Virus record (IMG/VR): IMGVR_UViG_3300030329_002226
Coordinates: 1-64,000 of that record
Source of the DNA: an uncultured virus (IMG/VR IMGVR_UViG_3300030329_002226)
Lineage: Duplodnaviria > Heunggongvirae > Uroviricota > Caudoviricetes
Length of the DNA stretch: 64,000 bases
Reading direction: 5' to 3' (one strand)
Below the pieces are notes generated by a model. The model was not told the origin of the DNA, searched no databases, and saw nothing but the letters and a program-made list of their open reading frames with translations. Numbering within the stretch: the stretch's first letter is position 1; each line of letters begins with the position of its first letter. A program made the position numbers and the translations under genes. Shown here piece after piece: positions 10,413 to 21,166 of this stretch.

Positions 10413-12236
10413 TTATTTAGGATAATTCTTTTTAAATCTTTTTTTATACGCGGTTTTCATTCTTTTTATCCACTCTCCTTCAGATTCTGGATCTACTCCT
10501 GTGATTTGTGGATTTTGATCATACCAATCAGCAGCCCAAGCTAATGCTCTTAATCTAGTTTTATTCTCCATGTCTTCTCTTTCTGTTTTATCAATGTTAT
10601 CTAAAACAAAATTCAATCTACCTATTGCGGTATCTAAATCATAATCTCCTATATGTCCTTGAATATTTCTTCCTTGTACTTTATATAATCCTTCTGTAGG
10701 AAAATCTGCATTAAACGCTTCTACTGGATCTAGATCTTTTGATTCATAGTATTGTTTATTAGTATAGGTCTTATACTTTGGATGTTCAGATTCCAACCAT
10801 AGTGAATATATATCTTGTTTATCCATTAATCTTAAATTAGGTTTAAATTTCTTAATGGTTTGTTTAGTGGCCTCTACTCCTGTTAAATTTTTATTTTTAG
10901 GATCAATTATAGTATCCATATAGTCTACTCTATAATCTAATGGTCCATCATCATCATCTGTTGATGGAAACGCCTTAATACTATCTTGGGTATTATGAAA
11001 TATGTTTCCATTATCATCTGTAGTTATTCCATCAAAACTAGTTAAACTTTCTATTACTTTCTTAAATAATTCATCAGCCATTTGTTCATTATCAGGTAAT
11101 AACTTTTGATAGGAATTTGCAAAACCTTCATTTAGTTTTTGTAAATCTATATTCCAAAAATTAGCCATTTGTTGTGGTCCTGTTTTTGCTAGTCCTAAAA
11201 CTTTTTGTTTTAACACGCCTTGCATATCCGTACGCAAAAGATCTAAATTTAATCTTCTTTGTATATTAGTAGTTTGCATTGAACCTCCACCAGAAACAGG
11301 AATAGTTCCTTGTATAACTTTATCATCTATCCAATATCTATCTGCTATAACTCCTTTATCGTTTAATACTCCTATTCCATTTTGATTTTTACTTTGCTCT
11401 TTAAGTTTCAACATATCAATAGTTTCATTAACTACTTGAGGAACATTTGATACAAATTGAAAATCTTGATCTCCTGATGCTACTCTTGCATTCCAAGCTC
11501 TTGCGCTAATTATTTTTTCTCTATAATCTCCTAATATCATGTTTCCGTTAGTATCTAATTGATGTTCATTTCCTGATACTCTTATCTTTATATCATTATT
11601 TTCTTCATCATAAACCATTTCAAATTGAGCATCGTCATATACTCCTCCTAAAGCATTTACTAAGTATTGATTATTAGCTATTTCATTCTCATCATTACCA
11701 ATTATTGTAATTTGAGATCCAATAGTTGGTGCTTTCTCTTTCCAATAAGTTCCTAAAGCTCCAAAGTTTGTTATAGTTTCTTTAGTTAAATTTAATAAAT
11801 CATAATAATCTGCAAGAGCTTTTTGAGCACTAGCTCTTTTTGCTTTATCACCAAATTGTGTTTTTAAATATACATTAGCTTGAGTAGCTATATCTAATCT
11901 TTGTTCTAGTGTAGCACGTAATTGATCTTCTATTGCGGTAGAACGTGGCATACTATTAAGATTACTCATCTGTTCTAGATTCCATAGATCAGCATTGACT
12001 TGGATTGTTTGCATATTTTGAATAATCTTTTGTCTGTTTGCTTCTGCTAGACGTTCTTCTTGTTTTCGCGCCTCTTCTTCTTTTTGTCTTAGAATATCTC
12101 CTTGTTGTAATACTCCTACCATAGCAGCACCTGGAGTAATAGATCTACCTCTTTGAGGATTAGAATACGCGCTGTAATTTACATTAGGTAAAGTAACTCC
12201 TGGTAAAGGGTAGCTTGATTGTGCTTTTGTTGCCAT
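10413..12236 (-). CDS. Internal virion (ejection) protein
   Basis: 607 aa helical protein in the podovirus ejection-gene position. Confidence 0.55.
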   Translation of the reverse strand: MATKAQSSYPLPGVTLPNVNYSAYSNPQRGRSITPGAAMVGVLQQGDILRQKEEEARKQEERLAEANRQKIIQNMQTIQVNADLWNLEQMSNLNSMPRSTAIEDQLRATLEQRLDIATQANVYLKTQFGDKAKRASAQKALADYYDLLNLTKETITNFGALGTYWKEKAPTIGSQITIIGNDENEIANNQYLVNALGGVYDDAQFEMVYDEENNDIKIRVSGNEHQLDTNGNMILGDYREKIISARAWNARVASGDQDFQFVSNVPQVVNETIDMLKLKEQSKNQNGIGVLNDKGVIADRYWIDDKVIQGTIPVSGGGSMQTTNIQRRLNLDLLRTDMQGVLKQKVLGLAKTGPQQMANFWNIDLQKLNEGFANSYQKLLPDNEQMADELFKKVIESLTSFDGITTDDNGNIFHNTQDSIKAFPSTDDDDGPLDYRVDYMDTIIDPKNKNLTGVEATKQTIKKFKPNLRLMDKQDIYSLWLESEHPKYKTYTNKQYYESKDLDPVEAFNADFPTEGLYKVQGRNIQGHIGDYDLDTAIGRLNFVLDNIDKTEREDMENKTRLRALAWAADWYDQNPQITGVDPESEGEWIKRMKTAYKKRFKKNYPK

Positions 12237-12359
12237 AATTTATTTTATTTATTTATCATTCCCCGTAGTCATAATAATACGAATTGGGGTCGCTTAAACT
12301 TTCGTAATCATCATCTTCTTCTCCGGAGTTTAAGTCTGGACTTACGGAATTACCGGCCG

Positions 12360-13034
12360 CTATCCCCCCCCGATTAAACCTCCTATACCTCCTACTACTT
12401 GTCCTAAAGAGTTATACATTTGAGCTTCTGCCGCAGCTTCTGATGCTCTCATATCTCTTAAATCTTGTTGTGCATTAGCTAACATTGATGCTTCTCTATT
12501 AAGTTCTGCTACTTCTCTTTGTTCTTGTGTGCCAAACATAAATTGTTGACCCATAACATCAGCTGATTGTAATCTTTGCTCTTCTTGCATCCTCATTTGA
12601 TTTAATCTTTCTTCTCCTTGAGCATATAGTTTTTGATTTTGAGCTTCTTGCAATTGAATACTAGCGCCTACTTGTTTCTTACTTTGTAATGCAGCTTGGG
12701 CTAAAGCTGTAGCACCTCCAGCACTAGCTCCTGTTGCTCTTAAAGTATCTAATGTATTAGCAAGAGAAATATCTGCTTGTTCTGCTTGAAATTTAGCTGC
12801 TTCTGTTGCAACACCTAAATTAGCATAAGTATTAGAAAGATTTCCACTAGTATCAGTCACATTAGCGTATGGATTGATAATAGGTTGTCTAGTGTTTTCT
12901 AATTCCTCTAATTCACCTTGAAGTCTATCTTTTTCAATCTGAGCATTTTTTCTATCGTTTCTCGCTCTTTTTTGTGCGGCACCTGCGCCTATAACCCCTA
13001 CTATTCCTGAGGCTACACCTGAAGCTGCTCCCAT
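12360..13034 (-). CDS. Internal virion/ejection protein (Ala/Gln-rich, Gly-rich hydrophobic ends); possible -1 frameshift extension to 12256
   Basis: Composition typical of podovirus pilot proteins; ends GGG GGG GGA TAG. Confidence 0.65.
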   Translation of the reverse strand: MGAASGVASGIVGVIGAGAAQKRARNDRKNAQIEKDRLQGELEELENTRQPIINPYANVTDTSGNLSNTYANLGVATEAAKFQAEQADISLANTLDTLRATGASAGGATALAQAALQSKKQVGASIQLQEAQNQKLYAQGEERLNQMRMQEEQRLQSADVMGQQFMFGTQEQREVAELNREASMLANAQQDLRDMRASEAAAEAQMYNSLGQVVGGIGGLIGGG

Positions 13035-13035
13035 A

Positions 13036-13455
13036 TTATTTTGGTTTATTTTTATATATTATACTGTGTTTTTTTGTTCCAATAGTGTAATCAAGTAATT
13101 TTAATTTTTCTAAAACAGAATCATATGGAGTAGTACACCATACTGCTTCTGCTCCTAAATCCCAACAAGTATTAACTGCTTTGTCTATCAATAAAATTAA
13201 TATTGCTTCTCTATTTTTTTCTTTATAATTTGGATCTGCAACTAAATAATCACAATACCAAACTGGAGAATTAGTTTCGTATATAAATACCGCTGCAACT
13301 AATTTTCCATTAATTTCAGCAACTAATCCATTCTTACCATTATTAGGTAATAATTTTTTATCTATTTTTATCTTGTGGTAACTTTCCCACCACTCATCTA
13401 TAGTAGATGCATCTTTATTAGGCTCAATAGGCCTAATAGACAATTTGTCTTCCAT
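13036..13455 (-). CDS. GNAT-family acetyltransferase-like protein
   Basis: GLVAEINGKLVAAVF...LVADPNY...GAEAVW...LDY pattern; lies between tail and ejection genes. Confidence 0.6.
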   Translation of the reverse strand: MEDKLSIRPIEPNKDASTIDEWWESYHKIKIDKKLLPNNGKNGLVAEINGKLVAAVFIYETNSPVWYCDYLVADPNYKEKNREAILILLIDKAVNTCWDLGAEAVWCTTPYDSVLEKLKLLDYTIGTKKHSIIYKNKPK

Positions 13456-13464
13456 TTAATTTAA

Positions 13465-14763
13465 TTAATATGATGATTCAACGTATTCTGTAGATACGGC
13501 AAATAATTCATTAGTTTGAGTAGCTCCTGCTGTATTAGTAGCTGTAAATTTAGCTATTCCATAAAATCCTTTTATTCCAGAAATATCTTTTCCATAAATA
13601 ACTTCTCCTTGATTTACAGTGCTTGTATTTATTAAATTTGCAAAATATTTATTTTCTTTTGCTTTAAATTCATTTTTTAACAAAGCAGCTTCCATGTCTG
13701 CTAATGTTGTTGGTATTGTATAAACACCTACGGCATTAGCTGAATCAGTAGTTGTGGTAAAAGAATCTAATGCCCAATTACTATCACCTTCATAATTAAT
13801 AGTTTTAAATGTTTTACTTGTAGAAGGTTGTATATTAAAAATAGAAGTAACATCTGATGAATTATTAACTCCATAAAACGAAGCTCTATTAGAAGTTTCA
13901 GAATAATGTTGCCATAAATCTCCATCTAAATCAAAAGTATAAAATTTATTATCTAAACTAAACATTTGAGAAGGAACATAACTATAAAAACTTGTCCACC
14001 CTTTAGTTTGTTCATCAAAAGATAATGTTACAGCATTAGCTCCTGTAGAGTTGTTTAGAGTAGGTTGAATAGAAATAGTATAACATTTGTTATGTATATC
14101 CCATCCTCCTATTACTTTACCTGATACTCCTAAATTAGCAACATTTAATTGATCTCTAAAAAAATCATACATTCCGTAATTAGATATCTCAGTTAATCCA
14201 TCTTGAGATAAACGCATTACCGAACCTTTATTAGCATCACTAAAATATTTTCTATATCCATATACTGCAAAGGATTCAGGGTTTGTAGCTATTCCAAATT
14301 CTCCTGCATATGGTTGAATTTGACCTATAACTAAATTAGTACTAGTAGTTACTGGTTGACCTTCTGCTGAATAAATAGCATCTTTATCAATTAAGGCTCT
14401 ATTTACTTTATATTCTTGGAATATAACAAGATTTGTATCTTCAGCATATAGTTTTTGTATAGTTCCTTTTCCTGGATCAACTGTTCTAGTAATATCATTA
14501 GCAACTGAAAACTGATTAGTTTCATTAATATCAGTTCTTGAATTAAATATACCAGAATAAATAATAGTATTATTAAAAGCTTCTTGGTATTTATCATCAC
14601 TGCTTAAATAAGCTCTTGGTGCTAAACCAGAAAACTTAGCATTATAATCTCCTTTTATTCTTGATTCTTCTACAAACCAATCATATTGAGCATTTGCTGT
14701 ATTACTATTAATTTTTTTAAGTATATACGTGTTATAATACTTTACATTTAACGTTGTTGCCAT
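13465..14763 (-). CDS. Tail stabilisation/nozzle protein, C-terminal part (P22 gp10-like)
   Basis: GEFGIATNPESFA, YFSDANKGSVMRLSQDGLTEIS and GWTSFYSY motifs typical of crAss-like tail stabilisers. Confidence 0.7.
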   Translation of the reverse strand: MATTLNVKYYNTYILKKINSNTANAQYDWFVEESRIKGDYNAKFSGLAPRAYLSSDDKYQEAFNNTIIYSGIFNSRTDINETNQFSVANDITRTVDPGKGTIQKLYAEDTNLVIFQEYKVNRALIDKDAIYSAEGQPVTTSTNLVIGQIQPYAGEFGIATNPESFAVYGYRKYFSDANKGSVMRLSQDGLTEISNYGMYDFFRDQLNVANLGVSGKVIGGWDIHNKCYTISIQPTLNNSTGANAVTLSFDEQTKGWTSFYSYVPSQMFSLDNKFYTFDLDGDLWQHYSETSNRASFYGVNNSSDVTSIFNIQPSTSKTFKTINYEGDSNWALDSFTTTTDSANAVGVYTIPTTLADMEAALLKNEFKAKENKYFANLINTSTVNQGEVIYGKDISGIKGFYGIAKFTATNTAGATQTNELFAVSTEYVESSY

Positions 14764-14767
14764 ATGT

Positions 14768-14796
14768 TATAATCACTTGTTTATCTTAATGTTTAC
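14768..14796 (-). promoter_or_regulatory. Putative middle/late promoter, GTAAA-N10-AACAAGTGATTATA
   Basis: One of 5 copies with identical spacing; ends 4 nt before the ATG at 14763. Confidence 0.65.
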
Positions 14797-17700
14797 TAAG
14801 CTCCAGGCCAGTTACTTGTTTTATACCACCAATCAGTTACAAATGGTGGAGATCCTGTTGCAGGTTGAATTGGTTTAGGATCAATAGGAGCTGCAGGAGT
14901 TGCCGCATTAACATCATAATATATTTCAATACCTGCTCCTCCATCACATGTGTTTAAAGAAGTAAAGGCTATTTTATTATTTATCCATACACAATCTCCA
15001 AAATCATAAGCAGCACCACTAGAATCTGTACCTTTATCTCCTGGAACTACTCCATCAGTAATTTGTTGAGCAGTAGGATTAAAAGGTTGTAATGTACCAA
15101 TTAATTGCCATGCAGTACTAGTACCACTATAACTCATATTGACTGCTCCTCCTAAAGCAGCTGTACCATCACCTTTTGCTGGAGAATTAGAGTTTTGGGT
15201 ATTTTCTCCATTCCAAGTTACTTGAAAACTAGAAAGAGCAGTAACTGTAGTATCACCTGGTCTAAATATATTTCCAATCTTTACATATATGTTTATTGGT
15301 ACACCAGCATTATAATCCCAGTTTGCAATTTCTCCAACCCATGTAGGTAGAACTGGAGTAGAATATTGAGTCTCACATCCCGCATACATGTTTACAGCTG
15401 GAGCGTTCCATTCATTAGCAGTTGCCGCAGGATTATTATTATAAAAGTTAATTTTTACTCCTGTATATCTAGTCGCTTTAGGAGTCCATTGTACTACAAT
15501 AGTTTCACTGTCTCCAGTAGAATTTAAATCAGTTAGTTTCATTACTAATTCTTGAAGAGTAGCTTCATATTGAGAATTATAAGTAGATAAGTTTCTATTT
15601 ACTTTAACACCATAAAAATTAGTATTACTTCCTGTAGTACAAGTTGATTGATTTCTCGCTTCTTGTCCACTTATTAACATATAATAATCAATGTCAGTTG
15701 AAGTAGGTTCTCCAGTAGGATTTTGACCTGTTATATAATCTCCCCATACACCTAAAGTATTTTGATATCTAAATGACTCAATAGACCATTGTATATCTTG
15801 AGTTCTTTGACATGGATTAGCACTTCCATTGTATCCTTTTAATACTCCTGGTCCATTTCCTGGTCCTGGATTTAATCCTCCTGGAGGAGTATATCCTGTA
15901 TAATCTAATATTTCTTTATCAGCTATTTCTGGAGCTGGAGCTAAAGATAAATCACATATAGGTGTATCATTAATTAAAGTATGTGTGATAGTTTGATAAG
16001 AAACACTACCATCGTTTTGAGTAAATTTAATCTTTATCTGATATTTTTCTAAATATTCAAAGTTAATTAAACAAGCTCTTTCTGCTCCTACTTTTAACTG
16101 TAAATAAAAACCTCCTCCTCCAGCGCTTACAATATTAAATAATGATATACTAGGTTGAACTGGTTGATCATTAGAATCATGAATAAGAGTTTCGACGATA
16201 GAAGCTGTACTGTATTCATCATTACCTTGAGGAGTTACAGGCCAAAACGTAGTTGTAATTTGAGCATTACCTGCATCACCTTCATTGAACAACCAACTAA
16301 AAGCAGATATTCCTGTTATTTGAGTTCCAGTAGATGTTATCTCGTAATTTAAATCAGATATTAAACCACTTGTAGAGGTTTCATAAAATAAATCTAGTTG
16401 AGAAACTGTAGGTGCAGTTTCATATACAGATAACCTCATGTATGCTGGATAATCTGGTCTTCCTGCTACAGGAACTGTATTATAAGATGTTTGTATTAAT
16501 CCAATACTTTTTTGAGTATTAACTTTTGCAACAAAAGGTTTTGATTCAACATCATAAATAGCATTGTTATTTATTTCATTATCACTTCCTCCTGGTCCGT
16601 CGCTATAAGTTATATCAGGGAATATATCTTTTATTCCTCCAATAAGCTCTACACCATCTGCGTTTATACTAGGAGAATATTGAGCATTTCCTGGAGTAGT
16701 TGCTTCATTTGTTACTCTTCCCCAACACATTAAATCACTATTAAATTGTTTATCCTGGTTACTTACATCTGTTAATTGTCTAGGAACTTTATTTATATTA
16801 TCATGTGTTAATACTATAAAAGCAGTACTACCTACTTCAGTTGTATTATCACCAATAGGATAACCATCTATAATTCCAGGTAAATATACATTATAAAATT
16901 CTTGTTGTTGTTGTTTTACTACTACTCTATAAGAATAAAACCCCATTTCATTAATAGTATATACATAGTTAGTATAAGCTTGAGATATAACAGGTTCTGG
17001 ATATATAGTACTACTTTGCGTTAAGAACATATAACTATCTGCTATTTCTTCATAAGTATAAATATTAAGAATATTGTTTGTACTAGGATCTGTTTGTCTT
17101 TCTATTTTAACATAATCTTGATATTTTCCTCTTAATTCTTTTCCTACTGCAAATAAATCTTTAGATGTTATTAAATCAGCAGCAGCATCTCCAGTGGTTG
17201 GAATATATGATAATGTATAATAATATTCACCACTCGTAGTATCTGTATTATATTTTAATTCTGCTTTTATTTGTTGATTTAAAGGCAATGCATTGTTTAA
17301 AGTAACTTTTAATTTTCCATTAGTTGGATCTGTTGGTGTAGAAGATGCGGCAGCTGTATATGTCGCTGGAGCAATAACAACCCATCCTGATCCATCATTA
17401 GAATATAAATTAAAAGTATTAGCAGCTGCTTGAGTATCTGAGTAATCTATACTTCCAAAAAAATATTTTAAATCTGCAGTTAAACTACCTGTGAATAAAG
17501 TAATAATTACGCTTGTACTACCTCCAATTACACTTGTAGAAATAGTAAATGTATCTCCTGCTACATAACCTGTTCCTGCTTCTTCTAAAGTTACACTAGT
17601 TACAGCATTACCAGTAAGAGTTATCTCAAAACTTGCTCCTGATCCCGCTGAAGAACTTGTAGTCCAACCCGAAGTAGTACCTGGAGTTCCTGAATAATCT

Positions 17701-19883
17701 CCATTATTTCCATCAGAAGTATTAGTAGTAACATTTGCAACTGCTAAAGTAGTTATTCTTGATCCTGTAGTATCTAAAATTTGAGTTGAATAATTTTTAA
17801 AATAAGAATATGGTGCTCCACCAGGAACAGCTACTGTGTATTGTTCTGGAACAGCATATAATCCTGCGTCATTTCCATTTACATTCACAGCGCTATCGAA
17901 TCTTACAGCTAGTTGCTCACCTTGCCATCCAGACAATGTACTAGCGTTTTCTACTGGTCTATAATTAGAAAAATAATTTGATCCTTCTGTAGGTTCTCCT
18001 CCTGCTACTAATACGTTATCTTTTGAAGAAAGTATAACATCTGTTTGTCTTCCCCATTTATCTGCTAAAATTATTCCTACTTGGTAATTTCTATTTTCTT
18101 TTACAGAGTGTTGAGGATATTCTTCATATTCTTGATTGTTTTTGTCTTTCTTTTCTACAGCATAATCTAGTCCTAAAGGAGCATTATAACCTTGTATAAA
18201 ATTTCCATACATTACTCTATTACCTGCGATTTCTTGAGATAAAGCTCTTACTGGAACTTTATCATAAACTCTAGTGGTTTCATCAGTAGGTAGAGTTTTA
18301 TAAGGAATAGTAGATTGATAAGTATATTGGTAAACATTAGTGTTATTAAGATTAGATATAAATGTAGTATCTACAGGTACACTTTGTAATACTTTGTAAG
18401 CTAAAGAATCAGATTCTTTATATATAATATCTATTTCTTGTATTTTATAATCATTTATAATATCTAAAGAAGGGAGTTCAATGTTTAATATAACATTATT
18501 AATATTATTTTGCATAAACTCTACTATTGTAGATGTCATTGTGTCATCTTCATCTTCATTAACAAACTTTCCTTCTTGTTGAGGAACAAAACATTCTTGT
18601 GTGAATGGAGCAATAAGAGAGTATTCACCGTCGTTATATTTAAATCTATAACTAAATCTTATAAATTTATCTTTCATTAATTCTGGATCACCTTGCCATC
18701 CTTTAAAACTAGCATCTTTTATTACTCTAACTGCTCTTCCTTGAAGATTAGAAGTTGATGCTGGAAGAGTTGGAGCAGCTCCACTATCTAAAATTTGAAA
18801 ATATTTATCTACTCCTTTAATCCAAAATTCTGCGTGTGTATTAATATTTTGAAAATCTGTTACACTACTAGTAGCTACTCTTTCTCCAGAAGGTAAAGCA
18901 TTAAAACCTAAACTATTGTTTGTTATAAGAGATGTAGAAGTCCAATATGCTGTTGATTTAATATCTGCTACTGTTCTTCCTCCAGATGTAGTATAAGTTT
19001 CAAGAGCAGTATAATTAGCTTCAGTAGCTAAAGTATATCCATAAGGAGCTAAATTTCTGGAATCTTCTACTGCCCATTTATTATATAGTTTTCCATATAT
19101 AACTCCATTATCATAATCATTACTATAATAACACCACGCTCCTACTTGTCTAGTATTTGCATCTACCCAATCCGCCCATGTAGTTGCGTGTTCTATTAGA
19201 TCTCCATTTCTATATCTAGTTACATCTAAGTTAACTGTTGCCCAATCCAATGCATCTATTAGTATAGTAGGAATATCAGCTCCATTACTCATTGTGCTTG
19301 GAAGAGTAGAACTAACACTTCTTAAATCTACTAATCTTGGAGCGACATATGGAGAATATTTACAAACAGTTATATCTGATTCATCAGTATAATAAGTTTT
19401 TCCAGAACCACTAGGACTGGCTGTTTGAACATTAATAACTCTTGGTTGATTCCTATTATCTGTCCAAAATAAAAGATTTTCTAATAAATTTACCCCATGT
19501 ATAGGAGCTTGAGTAGAAAAGTTGAGAAAATGACCTTCTACTAAAACATCTGGGGTATTTGTTCCTGAGCTAGGTGACCATCTACATATTTGACAAGAGT
19601 TTGTAGTAGCGATATCTTGACTTAATGTTCCTGAAAAATCTGTTAAAAAATAGTATATAAATCCTCCGGCTTGATCTACATAAGTTCCTATAGTTTCTAA
19701 AGAACCAGTACTTGAAAATACAGCTTCATTACCTAAAACAGCTTCTAAAGCCCCTACGTCTTGATTCTCTGATCTAGAAACTGCAATATTATTAGCGTCT
19801 CTGTATTCATTTTTTGGAATTAGTCTATCATCTAAGTCTTTATTCATTTTAGACTTAATGAAACTATTTTTATTTTCAGCCAT
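14796..19883 (-). CDS. Tail stabilisation/nozzle protein, N-terminal part, with inserted Fib_succ_major-like and other adhesin-like domains
   Basis: MNKDLDDRLIPKNEYRDANNI start, LLFWTDNRNQPRVIN and FSYRFKYNDGEYS motifs; insert at ~18714-19270. Confidence 0.7.
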   Translation of the reverse strand: MAENKNSFIKSKMNKDLDDRLIPKNEYRDANNIAVSRSENQDVGALEAVLGNEAVFSSTGSLETIGTYVDQAGGFIYYFLTDFSGTLSQDIATTNSCQICRWSPSSGTNTPDVLVEGHFLNFSTQAPIHGVNLLENLLFWTDNRNQPRVINVQTASPSGSGKTYYTDESDITVCKYSPYVAPRLVDLRSVSSTLPSTMSNGADIPTILIDALDWATVNLDVTRYRNGDLIEHATTWADWVDANTRQVGAWCYYSNDYDNGVIYGKLYNKWAVEDSRNLAPYGYTLATEANYTALETYTTSGGRTVADIKSTAYWTSTSLITNNSLGFNALPSGERVATSSVTDFQNINTHAEFWIKGVDKYFQILDSGAAPTLPASTSNLQGRAVRVIKDASFKGWQGDPELMKDKFIRFSYRFKYNDGEYSLIAPFTQECFVPQQEGKFVNEDEDDTMTSTIVEFMQNNINNVILNIELPSLDIINDYKIQEIDIIYKESDSLAYKVLQSVPVDTTFISNLNNTNVYQYTYQSTIPYKTLPTDETTRVYDKVPVRALSQEIAGNRVMYGNFIQGYNAPLGLDYAVEKKDKNNQEYEEYPQHSVKENRNYQVGIILADKWGRQTDVILSSKDNVLVAGGEPTEGSNYFSNYRPVENASTLSGWQGEQLAVRFDSAVNVNGNDAGLYAVPEQYTVAVPGGAPYSYFKNYSTQILDTTGSRITTLAVANVTTNTSDGNNGDYSGTPGTTSGWTTSSSAGSGASFEITLTGNAVTSVTLEEAGTGYVAGDTFTISTSVIGGSTSVIITLFTGSLTADLKYFFGSIDYSDTQAAANTFNLYSNDGSGWVVIAPATYTAAASSTPTDPTNGKLKVTLNNALPLNQQIKAELKYNTDTTSGEYYYTLSYIPTTGDAAADLITSKDLFAVGKELRGKYQDYVKIERQTDPSTNNILNIYTYEEIADSYMFLTQSSTIYPEPVISQAYTNYVYTINEMGFYSYRVVVKQQQQEFYNVYLPGIIDGYPIGDNTTEVGSTAFIVLTHDNINKVPRQLTDVSNQDKQFNSDLMCWGRVTNEATTPGNAQYSPSINADGVELIGGIKDIFPDITYSDGPGGSDNEINNNAIYDVESKPFVAKVNTQKSIGLIQTSYNTVPVAGRPDYPAYMRLSVYETAPTVSQLDLFYETSTSGLISDLNYEITSTGTQITGISAFSWLFNEGDAGNAQITTTFWPVTPQGNDEYSTASIVETLIHDSNDQPVQPSISLFNIVSAGGGGFYLQLKVGAERACLINFEYLEKYQIKIKFTQNDGSVSYQTITHTLINDTPICDLSLAPAPEIADKEILDYTGYTPPGGLNPGPGNGPGVLKGYNGSANPCQRTQDIQWSIESFRYQNTLGVWGDYITGQNPTGEPTSTDIDYYMLISGQEARNQSTCTTGSNTNFYGVKVNRNLSTYNSQYEATLQELVMKLTDLNSTGDSETIVVQWTPKATRYTGVKINFYNNNPAATANEWNAPAVNMYAGCETQYSTPVLPTWVGEIANWDYNAGVPINIYVKIGNIFRPGDTTVTALSSFQVTWNGENTQNSNSPAKGDGTAALGGAVNMSYSGTSTAWQLIGTLQPFNPTAQQITDGVVPGDKGTDSSGAAYDFGDCVWINNKIAFTSLNTCDGGAGIEIYYDVNAATPAAPIDPKPIQPATGSPPFVTDWWYKTSNWPGA

Positions 19884-19885
19884 GT

Positions 19886-21160
19886 TTAATGTTTAATCCA
19901 TTTAGATTTATTACGCATTACCTGTACTATTTCATCTAATTTAATATTAGATAATCTTATTTTGGCGTTTTTTAGTTTAGCGGCTTTATCTTTTTTTAAT
20001 CTTTGTACTACATATTCAGGTTGATTAATTCTTCCAGCTATTATAGAATATAATATGTAAGAATACATTGCATCTTCTGCTAATTTAGGTACTCTACTAT
20101 CTAAATCATATGCTAACCCATCTGATATATATTCAAATACAACTAATAATCCAGATAAATTACTAGAAAAAGAAAGTTTATTTTCTCTTTCATTTATATT
20201 AAACCATCCGTTCATTTGAGAAGCAGATGGTTCTAAACCATATCTTTGACCCCATCCATAACCAGTTCCTAGTCCCCAGCCATATCCATAACCATACCAA
20301 TCTGGATCTACTCCTTGATTAACTTCATCATTAGTTAAATTATTATTTATTAAATAATCTTCTGCTCCATGCCAACGTTCTTGAGTAATAGAATCTCCTT
20401 CGGTATCATTACCAAAATTATCTTGTGTAGGAATTCCAGCTTCATCTTGAAGTTGAGTGTAATAAGGACTTATAGTAATATTATTAGTAGGATAAATAAT
20501 ATGTTTAACTCCTAAATCATCTATCCATGATAATCTTACATAATTAACATAATCCTGTGGAAGAACTAGCGTTAAACTTGGAGGAATATTTAATTCTGAA
20601 GACTTAATACTTTTTAATGTATCATAACTAAACTCTTGCATAGCTCTTTTTGCAAAGAAAATAACATCACTTCTTTTAACATTAGGAATTAATTTATCTT
20701 TACCTACATATCCTACTAAAAAATTATTTACAATATCGTTTAATTTTATATATTGATATCCTCCATAATTATCTTCTACAGCTTCTCCAAATGCTTTATC
20801 AGCATCTGTAGCTCCATATTTACCACCAGATAAACTTTTTAATTGAACAACAATAAAAACACTTGCACCTGGATTTCCAGTTATAGTTATAATATTATCT
20901 TCCAATGTAAAAGCTGAAGTATATTCAGTCCAAGTACCTGGTGTACCAAGTGTACTTGTATATATTTTAAAATTATTTAAACTATAATCAACGTTAGTAG
21001 GATCATAACTACCTAAATATAAATCGGTGTCAAAAGTTGTTGTAAATTTTTGACCAGCGGTATTACCCGCATCACCTCTAAATTGTTGAGATCCTGCATA
21101 ATATTGTTGCGCTGTTTCTGTTATTAAACCGTTATTAGGTGGTTGTATTACACTTGCCAT
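19886..21160 (-). CDS. Tail/head-tail adaptor (ring) protein
   Basis: LPQDYVNYVRLS motif; position downstream of the capsid gene. Confidence 0.55.
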   Translation of the reverse strand: MASVIQPPNNGLITETAQQYYAGSQQFRGDAGNTAGQKFTTTFDTDLYLGSYDPTNVDYSLNNFKIYTSTLGTPGTWTEYTSAFTLEDNIITITGNPGASVFIVVQLKSLSGGKYGATDADKAFGEAVEDNYGGYQYIKLNDIVNNFLVGYVGKDKLIPNVKRSDVIFFAKRAMQEFSYDTLKSIKSSELNIPPSLTLVLPQDYVNYVRLSWIDDLGVKHIIYPTNNITISPYYTQLQDEAGIPTQDNFGNDTEGDSITQERWHGAEDYLINNNLTNDEVNQGVDPDWYGYGYGWGLGTGYGWGQRYGLEPSASQMNGWFNINERENKLSFSSNLSGLLVVFEYISDGLAYDLDSRVPKLAEDAMYSYILYSIIAGRINQPEYVVQRLKKDKAAKLKNAKIRLSNIKLDEIVQVMRNKSKWIKH

Positions 21161-21166
21161 AATTTA

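Noticed and set aside
18714..19270. Active diversity-generating retroelement
   Set aside because: No reverse transcriptase or template repeat is visible in the window.
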